Of a stretch of DNA of 34,698 nt, positions 24,201 to 34,698 are shown piece after piece. The stretch covers positions 1 to 34,698 of the forward strand of contig JAUCBJ010005707.1 in NCBI GenBank assembly GCA_032718475.1, given 5' to 3'. The position numbers were made by a program, and so were the translations under genes. Within the stretch, counting starts at the first letter, position 1, and the number at the start of each line of letters is the position of its first letter. The notes under the pieces are model-generated. The model saw only the letters and a program-made list of their open reading frames with translations, was not told where the DNA came from and ran no database searches. The DNA is from Nemertoderma westbladi. Its lineage: Eukaryota > Animalia > Xenacoelomorpha.

Positions 24201-27200
24201 ACCCGTATAACGCAAGAAACAAGGTGAAACAATCAATTGATATATTTGATGGTTTTCAAAATTTGGTGCTAGCACCACATTTTGCACCCACTTCCGAAAA
24301 ATACAAGTTTGAGATGTCTAGTTCGATAATTATATATTCCATTGAATTCAGAACAGCCATAAACCTCTAAAACGCAAGAAATAAATTGTCACAAGCAATT
24401 TTATCTATTGAATGGATTTTCAAAATTTCGTGCTAGCACCAAAATTTGCACACAGCACCGAAAAATACAAGTTTGATACGCTTGGTGCAACTCGTATATA
24501 TTTCATCGAATCCAGAACCCCAAAAAACCCAAATTGCGTAAAAAACAAGTTTCAAACAATCAATTTACAAAATTGACATATTTCAAAATTTGGTGCTGGC
24601 ACCAAAATTGGGCACCCACCGAAAAAAACAAGTTTGAAATTTCTAAATCAATTTATATGAATTCCATCCAATTTCTAACACCAAAAAACCGGTGTAAATC
24701 AAAAATAGAGATGTTACAATTCATATTTAATGAAATGTAATTTTCAAAAAACGTCTCAAAAAAAGTGCCAAAGGTAGGGTTAAAAAATGGTGCTATAACT
24801 CGAAAAGTACCCAATATTTTTGAAAACGGTTTTCACTACTAGGAAGACAATAGATTTTTAAGAAAAGTCATAAAATTTCAGATTCCCAACTGCGTTTGGT
24901 TCAGAATTATAATAAAAAAACCACGGGGGGGGGGGGGGGGGGGTCATATTGACCCCCCCCCCGGGTTTAATAGTACTATTTAAAAGTACTATTCATTCGA
25001 ATGTACCTCAATAGACATCATATTTTATGGTATTAAGTATAGTAATTTACTGACCTTTATCTGAAATTCCAAATGTTCATCCATTTCATTGATGTGGTTA
25101 AATAAGTCTCTCACCATCCGAGGTAGAATGCCTTGCTTAGCTCCATCATACAGGTTGCCTTCCATTGTATGCGTTTTACCACTTGCTGTTTGCCCATAGG
25201 CGAATATTGTCCCATTATATCCATTGAGAACGTCTACAAAATTAAAATAACGAAATATGCGGATGAGGATGTTTTTTAGGTCAGAGTTATTCAGGGTGAC
25301 GGTCTCCATCCCACCCTTCACGACAAAGATATTTTATAACAATAGGAACTTTATGTAATATAGAGTAATAAATTATATATAGTATATTATGTATCTTAGA
25401 TTACCTGTTACAATCTGTTTAGCAGAGGTGTTATAAACAGTTTCTTGGGAATCTTCTGGCTGGAACACGTGGTCAAATGTAAACCCTCTCTTCTAAAAAT
25501 ACCGGAAAAGATAAATCAGTATAATTCATAGCAGGATAATAATTATCCATAGAAATGTTGAGACAGGGGGGGGGGGGGGGGGGGGGAACTGGACGCAAAT
25601 CCCGTCTTGGCGAATTAATATCCCGCCTCAATGTTAAATTCTCAATTTAGGGAAAGGAGCAGGTTACAGTGGCACGTTATTATAACAAAAACAATAAACT
25701 AAACACAATAGAACAGGTTACATACAGTATTATTTTTGAGAATAATCAGCTGATATTTGCGTCCAATTTCCCCTGGAGAGGGATGAATTATTATTGCATC
25801 CAGTTCCCCCCCCCTATCTGGAAATGTTTGAGCATTATTACCCGTTAGCTATACTCATACCCCAAGTTTTGCTTCATTGATCGTAAAAGCGACCACGATC
25901 TCTTGTGTTAGTAACAACATATCCTGTTTGCTAAGACAAGTGCGGCTAGGAACAAAATACTGTATGTGCGGGAATTGTAGATGAAATTTTCAATTTCATA
26001 ATATTCCTATTTAATTAAGTGATGATCAGTTGTGTATCAGCAAACTTTACTTAAGAGAGGTGACATACATAACAGTTACTTCCTGGGCTCGGCAACATAC
26101 GAGATGTTGGTCATATTACATTACTTTTAAATAGTGTATTCTAAATGTCCCATCCAATTTCCCATCAAAACACAATTTCCATGCATCTGTGATTACGGTT
26201 ATTGATATCTACTTAATATTTTACAATAGTTCCATGGACATTGGTATTAGTCGCTTAAAAAGCATATTATATATATGTGCCAGGCCCCGGGGATATGGAT
26301 ATGTGCATTATTAAATGAATACAATTTCCGAGAAGAGCCAAATATCTTCTGTTTATCTGAGCGTAAAATCACCATTTTGATCTGTGGATTTTGGCTGTAT
26401 ATGTGTAGTGTATATGTGTCTATAAGTTTTCAATTACTACAATAATAGTTAATACTCTAGTTTGGCATTCCGTTATGAATATTAAGGGGAGCCACACTAA
26501 GGTTTTGTGAGAGACCAATGTTTTGTCACAGACTAAGGTTTGTGGGAGATTATCTATAATCGTATAGATATAATATAATAACCGACTTTAGGATTAAGAT
26601 ATCGCTTATAGGTATTGGTATATATTACATTCTGGGAGGAACTGCTTGTCGCTTTTGGCTCGCAATGTAATTGGACATTTAAATGCCGTGAATATTTCAA
26701 TTCAAACTGTATCAATTTTACTTTATTTGCAAAAATATTAAAAGCTCGGTGGGCCAATGGGTAATACCCGTTGCACCAGTAGTATTGCCCGGAAATTATG
26801 TCTTTCGGGAAGATATGAAATCCTTGCAGAGGTATGGAAAACAGGAGTGCTAAACTGACCATTATTGGATGTTTGCAACCGGATGCTAAAAGGGGAAAAG
26901 CCACCACCAATTTGGACTAAAAGTCAACTAAAGCCTCTCCCCCAAGAAAGAAGACCTCGGTGTACCAACAAACTATCGTGGGATCTGTCTGCTTGTGATA
27001 GCTGGCAAAATATACAACATAATGATTCTATATAGATAGAACAACTTGAAAGGTACTGCCTGAACTTTGGAGAAACTAAATCGCGATAACCATGGAGAAT
27101 CGGGAAAGGACCTCATTTCCATTGACCGAGCTCGCTTGACCTAATTGTAGTAATTGTAGTTATGTAGTTATGTAGTTATATGTAATTATGTAATTATAAC

Positions 27201-30200
27201 ATTACTTAACGCCGTTAGTATTAACAGTGAGTTGATATTTAGTACTTTACAAATTTAGAGGATATTACAGTATTCTATTGGCCCGTACAACTAGTATTGT
27301 ATTGGTGTATTATTATTTATGGAATGTCCCGACGACGGCGTGACCGTTTAGTCACGCCGTTATCAGATAAACAATTGTTGGTATTTATTATTAATTGTCC
27401 GACAGCCAGATATGCCTAATGCATTACCTACCGATAGCTATTAATAACCAGTAGCTATAAACTATTAACATGCCTCCAAAAGCCAGCATAAATGTAAACT
27501 AAATTTTTTCTAACATAATTTATGTTATTTTTACATTTATTTATACAGCAACTAATTTAATTTGTGCAGTTTCTATCACTTATAATATATATGTACAATC
27601 ATTTCGTAATGTTACAATTTTGGAATAAAACTACATATATACTTGTTGCAAAGTACTTTACAGTGTTCTGATACTCGTGGCTTTATTTTCACTCACTCAC
27701 TACGTTCGTTCGTGTAACAAAGCCACTCGGTTCATCACAATGTCAAGTGCTACTTTACACACAAGTATGTAAATAGTTATTACTCCTTCGTTAGATAAAT
27801 TTTAACATTGTTGAGTGAATTAAACAAGGAAATAAACAAAACCGACAATCAATTCCAAGTTTCAGACAGTGAACCAACTACAAAGCAAACAACAAAGTAC
27901 AGCTATGGTACTGGAGTTAGTACTCATCGGCTATCCCCAACCCACGCAGACTCACCCCATCACCAAAGCCAAAGGCCCACCACGACCAACACACGGCTTG
28001 AAGGCAGAGGGGGCACTACTATAGTATGTGTACCCATAAACGATATTTTTATTTAGTAGCTAGTTTTTTCTACTTAAAAAAATAGATCTATGTCATGTGA
28101 GCTATTGTTCGGTGAAAAAATTATATTATAGAACAAATATTTTTTGTTCTAGGACATTTTTGAAAAAATTTACATATTTTATAACAATCGTTGCTTGTAA
28201 AAGGTTTATCAACCTTACAAGTCTGCTTCTTCTTGTTTGTAATATGCGTTTTATAATTAACAATTCTAGCTTTAAAATTCATCGGAGAACCGACTGCTTG
28301 CTTGTTAATTATACATCTTGAACATATTATCATCATTATTATTTATAATAATTATTCGTACAGTATAATTTACATACATTACATTGTAAAATTGCAATTT
28401 GCTCAACATAAACGAACACAATTGCACCACTGCACCAACTGTATTGTAGTACCGGTATTTTAGTACCGTTCAGGGAGGTCGGATCCCCGCATCTTGAACA
28501 TCATGAACAGGATACAAAGTAAATAACATTAAAACTCTTGCAGTTTAAAATTTCCGTCATTGGGATTCTTTTGCGCCGGTACACAGATTTTGATGAAAGG
28601 AACTTCATTGGTTCAATTTTTTTACAATAAGCGAAGTTGTTGCAACAAGATGCGCCCCATCTGCTAATCTGTTGAGTCATGTTCCTAAAGTGTGGTCAAA
28701 GGTTCTTTGTATGTGGAAAGTGCTAGTAGTCTTTGTAAAGTTAGTTGGTGTGCGTCTGTGAACTACAATAAATTTAAAACTATTCGAAAACTCTTTTGTT
28801 AAAATGTCATTCTTTAAAATATGCTTTGACTTTCTTATCAGCAAATGTGAATCTGGAGGTGTAGATTCGAGGTTAGCTACATAGGTAATCAATAAGTTTG
28901 TATTCTTTATGTGCCTTTAGTCTCGCCTATCGACTATTTTTATGTTAAGGAAGCGCTGCCGTTGCGAACTGTTTGCAAACATCATCAAGATTCCAAGCTC
29001 GTGCTGCAAAAGCTGCTCCAAAAGTGAGAAAGTGCTTCTTGGGATCAACATCCTTGCTACAGTTTCGTCATAGCCTTAAAGCTACACCATACACATACTT
29101 GATCAATGATACTTGAACGATCATACTTGATCAATGATACTTGATCGAACCTAAAAAAAGTCGATAGGCGAGAATAAAGGCACATAAAGATTACAAACTT
29201 ATTGATTACCTATATAGTTAACCTCGAACCTACACTTCCAGATTTACATTTGCTGATAAAAAAAAGTCAAAGCGTATTTTAAAGAATGACATTTTAACAT
29301 TAACAAAAGAGTTTTCGAATAGTTTTAAATTTATTGTAGTTCACAGACGCACACCAACCAACTTTACAAATACTAATAGCATCTTCCACATACAAAGAAC
29401 CTTTGACCACACTTTAGGAACATGACTCGATAGATTAGTAGATGGGGGCGCATCTTGTTGCAATAACTTCTTTTATTGTGAAAAAATTGAACTTATGAAG
29501 TTTGTTTCAGCAAAATCTGTGTACCGGCGCAAAAGAATCTAATAACGGAAAATTTAAACTGCAAGAGTGTTAATGTAATTTACTTTGTATCCTGTTCAAG
29601 ATATAGCAAACAAGCGGTGGGTTCATTGATAAATTTTAAAGCTAGAATTGCTAATAATAAAACACAGATTACAAACAAAAAGAAGCAGACATGTAAGGTT
29701 GATCTATGGACAAGCTATGGACATTCTTTGGAAGATTTTCATATAACGCCGATAGAAAGTATTAAAGGATACAACTGTAGGGAAAGGTTAATATGAGTGC
29801 ACACTGCAGACATTAGAGCCATACGGAATAAACCCAATTAACTGTTATTGGAGGATACATGTTGGTTTCTGGGGTGGCGAAGTGCATATTGGGATAATCC
29901 CGTAATATATAGTCACATAAAAAATAGCTACTAATTGCGAATTTTCGGGTATAACATAACCACATGCTTTATGAAATTTCCTAATGTTCTACCCTAAAAT
30001 ATATTGAAAGCTAATACCTAAACCAGCTAAGAGAAACAAACTTTTGAAAAACAGGATGAAGACCATAGCCAGGCTGCTTTGGGAAGAGATAGTAGTTCAA
30101 GTATATCAAGTAATGATCTACAACATACAATGCTCTAAGTGAAAAACTAACTCAGTGACCGCTTTCCTAATGAAATTTCGTTACGAAGTTCAGGAATAAT

Positions 30201-33200
30201 AGAGTAATTTCATGAAACATGAAAAATCGGACATCTATGATCGTTATTTATTTTTTGTTTTGACGTTCAGACAGATAGTCAAACACACGGATACAGACGA
30301 GAAAAGCATTGACATAGAAATGGTAAACATAATAAGCTGTGCAAATTACGAGATTCACCAGAGCTGAGAAATGGAGAGTTTTTTCTGTGATTGTCGGGCA
30401 AACTTTGTGTTTCTTAGATACATTTATTTATATTTTGAATTAGATACACATTTTTTATGGCCGGAAATCGGATAACCAATATATGCAATATATGATTATT
30501 CCATATATTCCATGCGTGTGAATAAGGCCTTGCTTTGAGTGAATAACAAGTGTAAAGTTTACGGTGATTCACACAAGGAATGGTTTAAATAAGTGTCAAG
30601 TTTCTCTGGTCTTTCAAAAAATAGTTTATTGCACCGGAAATGTTTTCTTAAGATTAAGAATGTCATTAAATTACATTACATATTCACTTTATATGTCACT
30701 TTAAATCTATAAAAGGTGTTTGACATCTGATGACCTCATCTCGAAATAGTTTTCAATACAATATCAAGTATTGATTCATTATAGTGAATCATAACGGATT
30801 GGACATAATACGTTGATAAAACATCCTCTCGAATTGTCGCTAAAAAAAACTTACGCATCACATTGGGATGTAAATAAATTTAACCTCCTCAAGTTCCCAC
30901 AAAAATGTATTATTAAACATTCCTTACATGAAAATAATACACTCCCCTGCCAAATAGAATACTGTTTGCCACCTCCACCCAATTCCCACACAAATACACT
31001 TAAATCAACCACTTAATGAATTCCTTTTCCATAATTGAACTGACTGTATGAGGCCCTTCTTTGAAACCAAATTAAGTTACTTGATAAGTAAGTTAAGCCG
31101 CCAAAACAATGAGCTTGACCCGTGTGTGTGTGTGTGTGTGTGTGTATGACATTTACTACAGAATAAGTAACCTACTACACCTGCTGTGTAGAGCCTGTCA
31201 TTCATAGGGGTCGAGGCTGTAGGGTAGGTACCATGTGCCCAAATGGTTTGCCAAAATCGGCTTATTATTAGCAATTAATAGAACGGCACTAATTAATAAG
31301 ACCTATAACGATATTAGTCCCATGGAAAGTGGGCCAGGATGAGTAACAAAGGGGTTGCCTTATAAGGACTTAATAGTTTGGCAAGAGTTATATTCATTTA
31401 TCTACAGTAAAGTAACGTCATTGGTACTCGTTAATGTCGTCAGCAGCAGCGTCTTCGCGAGTGTATGTTTCGGTCCTTCGTTACTGAAAGTAACGAGGTA
31501 CAACTTCCGCTTCTGGCCAAATCAGTTCTATGAAACTTAGGTGATAATTGAGGGACTTAGTATTGAAATTGTAAACAAGATTGCCAGAGGACTATGAGCG
31601 GTAAAAATAAGCTTGCTTTATACTGTAATATAAATGGGTATATTCATTAGGTCATAGCCTATAATATACTGTATAGGCTTACAGCACAGGAAATGGTTTT
31701 AGATTGGTGTCGTACAGGTTTAGAGATGTAGATAATTTCATACAAATTAATTCTCCCCTGAACTAAATACATGGGGTAAACACTACGCCTATACACATAA
31801 TTAACTACGCGTATGCCTACACACCTACATCTACTTTTAGGCAGGTTAGTAAAGGCAGGTTAGCAAGTTACTGAGACAGTTTGAAAGAAACCAAAACAAT
31901 AAACGAAAATTTAGGAATATTGTAGAAAACCCAATTAAATTGAGAATCAACAGCTTGATAAGGTGTAGGTATTTTATCCCCTTATTATGCCGACTGTCTC
32001 ATACCACAGGTACAATATATCAATTGGAGTTGAGCTGACATAAAATTATATGTATAATATATATGAGGCAGTGCTACAAACAAAAAGGCGAAATTTGCGT
32101 TTTCAAAAAAAAAATTGAACTTTTAAGTGAAATTTTTTTTATTATCCACTTGTGCGATTGCGATTGCGATTAGATGATTTCGTTTTTTTATATATTTGAA
32201 GTGAGCTCGTATTTTTTAAAACAAATTCTATAGTTTATAGATGATATGCTTTTATAATATATTAGTATCAAGTTCTATGTACCGTTAAGAAAAAAAACAC
32301 TGAGGTTCTGTAGATAGAGTCTATACCACACCTACCATGTTCGGAAGTTTCCATGGTCAACTATTGTTTGTAGCGGAATGCCATCGAACACTTAACAAAG
32401 GAAATGTGAGTCTCAAACTTACGTTTTTTATAAACTTAAAACAAACCTATATCAATCGGTTTATCAGCTCTATAACATATCGCAAACCATAAAGGTACCG
32501 TATCAACAAAACACGTACCGAACTAACTCACTGACCCTTTAATGATTTATTAGTTTTTCATGTGGTCGAATGATAATTATAAAACCCGAAAATAACGAAA
32601 AAGAGGAAATTATTAACGAAAATATCGAAATTATAAAACTTTAAATACAATCTCGCTTTCCAGACTGATCAGAATTATTCGAATGCACAGTTTACACTTT
32701 ATTTTTTCATTAATACAATACAATTCGATAATTTCGCCCCATTTTCGACCCTAAAAGTAATTTAATACCAAATTCTGTCTCGCTGATTGGTTGTTAGGGG
32801 TAATCCAATGATGACAAAACATAACAAGATGGCGCTCAAATTATGAAAGTAATCAGAGTGTAGGACTACTTTTTTTTACATTACAGAATTGCGATTGCTG
32901 GACTGCAGTACTGTACAGTAGTTCCGTTCCGTTCACCTGTTCCGACCCGCCGCGACGCGCCGCGCCAATTTACTGGCAGTCACTGTACACCTGTAACGCT
33001 AGGTACTGTATGCCGTAATGCGTATGCAGTGTTGGGTTAGGGTACCGGACCGGTTCCTTCAACTATACCCCGTCTGGCTGTACCATGCTTTTAATACAGT
33101 AGAAGGCCCTACACTGATCTGCTGATGGAGAATTGATTCATCCAATCCGCCATGGGTCAACACCCAACAACCAACCAGCACACATTATTTTGTATTAAAT

Positions 33201-33601
33201 TACTTTTAGGGTCGAAAATGCGGCGAAATTATTGGATTTTATTAATTAGAAAATATAAAGTGTGCCTTCGAATAATACTATCATACTGGAAAGCGAGATT
33301 TTGTAGATAGTTTTATAGTTTCGTTAGTTTCGTTGATAGTTTAGTCTTTTTTCGTTATTTTCGGATTTTATAAAAACTAACCGTGTTCGAACGACGATAA
33401 CGGATATAAACGGTAAATGTGTGTAGTATATTATAATACCCCTAACGATAAATCTGTTGTTATACTTACATTCACAATGATCCCATCCGCGCCAGAGAAC
33501 GTTGGAAAGAATTCCGAACCCTTCACCCTTTCTTTACTATTTAGTGGCCGAACACGGCACACCACCTTTATACTGCACTCCTTGGCTCCCTCAGTTTCCA
33601 T
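14522..33601 (-). CDS. Khc: Divergent kinesin-1 heavy chain (KHC/KIF5-like) gene, 11 coding exons, ~841 aa
   Basis: Exons 33470-33601, 25405-25492, 25055-25233, 20577-20791, 19948-20155, 19521-19691, 18701-18818, 18331-18536, 17614-17820, 16461-16706, 14522-15277. All introns GT-AG, phases consistent, 2526 nt total. Motifs [40 protein letters not shown], and the KHC neck [15 protein letters not shown]. Confidence 0.88.
15493..16040. repeat. 31-bp minisatellite, ~17.5 copies, in the last kinesin intron
   Basis: Unit ggtctagactgtatggtggctgttgggccag; contiguous with no spacers. Confidence 0.95.
16461..16706 (-). CDS. Khc: Kinesin exon 10
   Basis: MMNSLLEDL...[22 protein letters not shown] resembles KHC MMASLLKDL...[21 protein letters not shown]. 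Confidence 0.85.
16830..17035 (+). mobile_element. 5'-truncated tRNA-derived SINE with L2-like tail
   Basis: B box GGTTCGAATCC at 16844; core acccag..ataatgggaacc; tail aaagcgctttgag...tatataaat(aat)n. Confidence 0.65.
17048..17276 (+). mobile_element. MITE family A, copy 1 (decayed)
   Basis: Homologous to 25566-25814 (ggaactggacgcaaat..ggaaaggagcaggtta..tggcacgttat). Confidence 0.75.
17614..17820 (-). CDS. Khc: Kinesin exon 9 (coil 1)
   Basis: [24 protein letters not shown]...; heptad-like; AG/GT bounded, phase 0. Confidence 0.8.
18331..18536 (-). CDS. Khc: Kinesin exon 8 (hinge/coil 1)
   Basis: [21 protein letters not shown] resembles KHC EINQQSQLVEKLK..MLDQEE; phase fits. Confidence 0.8.
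18701..18818 (-). CDS. Khc: Kinesin exon 7 (neck)
   Basis: [22 protein letters not shown]; tttctag acceptor and gtaagt donor. Confidence 0.85.
18954..19240 (+). pseudogene. Old RTE-like RT relic in kinesin intron 6
   Basis: [14 protein letters not shown] and ENICYL*YWIKK..IRKG match motifs of the element at 8554-8997. Confidence 0.55.
19521..19691 (-). CDS. Khc: Kinesin exon 6
   Basis: [26 protein letters not shown]...[11 protein letters not shown]. Confidence 0.92.
19948..20155 (-). CDS. Khc: Kinesin exon 5 (switch II, helix alpha4)
   Basis: [11 protein letters not shown]...[42 protein letters not shown]. Confidence 0.92.
20577..20791 (-). CDS. Khc: Kinesin exon 4 (to switch I)
   Basis: [16 protein letters not shown]...[12 protein letters not shown]...TNMNEHSSR. 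Confidence 0.93.
22191..22425 (-). mobile_element. MITE family A, copy 2 (inverted)
   Basis: Reverse complement of 25566-25814; ends poly-G-actggac / gtccagtt-poly-C. Confidence 0.8.
23089..23170 (-). mobile_element. tRNA-like SINE head or tRNA pseudogene
   Basis: A box TGGCGTGGTGG and B box GGTTCGATCCC; acceptor and T stems only partly pair. Confidence 0.55.
23398..24973. mobile_element. Non-autonomous piggyBac-like element with an internal 163-bp array
   Basis: Left end TTAA|CCCTATTA; (G)n-gtcatattgac-(C)n motif near both ends; right terminus ends taatag and lacks the final ggttaa. Confidence 0.6.
23920..24740. repeat. Tandem array of five ~163-bp units
   Basis: ttggtgctagcaccaa-like palindrome at 23938, 24101, 24263, 24427 and 24590. 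Confidence 0.88.
25055..25233 (-). CDS. Khc: Kinesin exon 3 (P-loop)
   Basis: [26 protein letters not shown]...EFQIK; AG/GT bounded. Confidence 0.93.
25405..25492 (-). CDS. Khc: Kinesin exon 2 ([10 protein letters not shown]...[14 protein letters not shown])
   Basis: ttttag acceptor, gtaatc donor; FTFDHVF motif; not in the ORF track. Confidence 0.9.
25566..25814 (+). mobile_element. MITE family A, copy 3
   Basis: TIR ggggggaactggacgcaa / ttgcatccagttcccccc. Confidence 0.82.
26805..27200 (+). mobile_element. Internally deleted RTE-like LINE relic
   Basis: [53 protein letters not shown] joined to a C-terminal-like MENRER, then gcttgaccta and a (tgtagtta)n tail. Confidence 0.72.
27630..27775. 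repeat. Imperfect palindromic (foldback) element
   Basis: atacttgt..gtggcttt..cactcac pairs with gttcgtg..aaagccac..acaagtat. Confidence 0.55.
28020..28946 (-). mobile_element. Penelope-like element remnant (GIY-YIG region), left copy
   Basis: NFKLQEF frame-broken segment equivalent to [14 protein letters not shown], then [21 protein letters not shown]; inverted homolog of 29148-29965. Confidence 0.72.
28326..28489 (-). mobile_element. 164-bp retro-insertion with TSD inside the Penelope remnant
   Basis: catcttgaacat at 28314-28325 and 28490-28501; absent from the right copy; AAT-rich tail. Confidence 0.65.
29148..29965 (+). mobile_element. Penelope-like element remnant (GIY-YIG region), right copy
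   Basis: [51 protein letters not shown] matches the PLE endonuclease consensus. Confidence 0.78.
31122..31145. repeat. (GT)n microsatellite
   Basis: About 12 GT units, read directly. Confidence 0.9.
32565..33391. mobile_element. Long-TIR (MULE/foldback-like) non-autonomous element
   Basis: ~200-bp imperfect inverted arms including a perfect 27-bp match (32742-32768 vs 33192-33218) around a GC-richer core; no TSD identified. Confidence 0.65.
33470..33601 (-). CDS. Khc: Kinesin exon 1 ([21 protein letters not shown]...GIIVN)
   Basis: ATG at 33601; donor GTAAGT; phase 0. Confidence 0.88.
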
Positions 33602-34138
33602 GACAACACAATCCAAATAATGAATTTTCCAATAATAGTTTGAAGAGTAGATTACGTAGAGAAAGATATCACATTCGTATTGGTTGTTTATGAAGGAAGA
33701 TAATTGCACTAGTTGAGGCGTTTAAATTGTTGTGAATATGATAATATTATACGATCTGTCAACCTGGATCAGTGAGACCAATAATTATTTTTTTTAACAT
33801 CGTCACCAATTTCAGCGTTTAAAGCGATCTAAAAAATAAATATAAAGAATAGGAAACAAACACATTTAGAAAATTTGTAATTAGTAATTTTTCTTATTAT
33901 GTTTGAGTTTGAGTACCAAAAGAAAACCGCTTTCAAAAAGAAATTCGAAATCCTACTTTTGGCACTAGTATTGAGCTGTTTTTTGAAAACTACATTAAAT
34001 TCATATTCATTAATAAATTGTCACAAATTTGTATTTTTCGGTCGGTGGGTCGGGCCAAATTCGGTGCTAACAATTTTAAAATTTTATAGGATTTTGTCGA
34101 GATTGGAATTTTAAAATAATAAGCTTTTGATGAAGTTG

Positions 34139-34667
34139 TTCAGGTCAGGTCAGGTCCCCAGAACCTGCTACCACTATGGCAGTAATGTGGTACTACCTGT
34201 AGCTGTCAGCCCAGTAGGGCAGGCCCGATAAGCATAGCCTATTCATTATTTAGTTGATCAAGAGTGGGTTGGTTTAGCCCCGTCACCTAAATAAGTCATT
34301 GAGGGCTATAGCGCCTAGGGTTCCATTGAAGGCAAAGGCTTGATACGCATCTGCATTAGAGATGATACACGCCCCGCCCTGTCTATACTGGATGCTCCTC
34401 TACCAGTGTTAGGTAACCTAACCCGGGAGGCACACTTGGTTCAGGGTGTAACAAATGGACCCCTACAGTCGGCAGCAGGGCTGTAGGCCATGGATAGGCG
34501 GAAGGTAATCAACCAACGGCTAGACATGCTGACAAGGTCGGCGGAAGGTAATCAACCAACGGCGACCTACTGCGAAGACGCTTGTAGGAGTTGCGACCAC
34601 CAGCGGTTTACTCCCGCTACTGAAAGATATGTTATGTTCGGATTCGCTCGACCTAGTAGTAGTAGTA
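34139..34667 (+). mobile_element. Non-autonomous RTE-derived retroelement (~529 bp)
   Basis: 10-bp TSD gatgaagttg (34129-34138, 34668-34677); (TAG)n tail; 3' end tcgctcgaccta resembles the RTE relic end near 27130; no convincing ORF. Confidence 0.78.
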
Positions 34668-34698
34668 GATGAAGTTGATCTTGCATACACCATGGCCT

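Noticed and set aside
23920-24740. CRISPR-like palindromic repeats with spacers
   Set aside because: The intervening ~145 bp are homologous to each other, so it is a tandem repeat.
26554-26910. 118-aa minus-strand ORF and other short ORFs in AT-rich introns
   Set aside because: No motifs; they overlap repeats or use non-ATG starts.
30727-30746. Hammerhead core CTGATGA...GAAA
   Set aside because: Stem II does not pair and stems I/III are not evident.

Overview
AT-rich animal (probably marine invertebrate) nuclear DNA, dense in transposons. 1-7822 holds a decayed BEL/Pao LTR retrotransposon on the minus strand: a likely 5' LTR at 7232-7822, an unusually long gag region, RT, RNase H, and an integrase running off the left edge. 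14522-33601 holds an 11-exon kinesin-1 (KHC/KIF5-like) gene on the minus strand; I checked splice sites and phases by hand and get 841 aa. Its motor motifs are recognisable, but helix alpha4 and the neck are divergent, and the usual stalk/light-chain/IAK tail is replaced by a ~250-aa S/T/K/R-rich exon. Introns and intergenic DNA carry RTE-like LINE fragments, a TSD-flanked non-autonomous RTE-like element, head-to-head Penelope remnants, several MITEs (hAT-, Harbinger- and piggyBac-like), SINEs, a 31-bp minisatellite and a 163-bp palindromic array. There are also many chained TA-anchored motifs that look like Tc1/mariner excision footprints. All family assignments come from recognising motifs by eye; no database searches were run.
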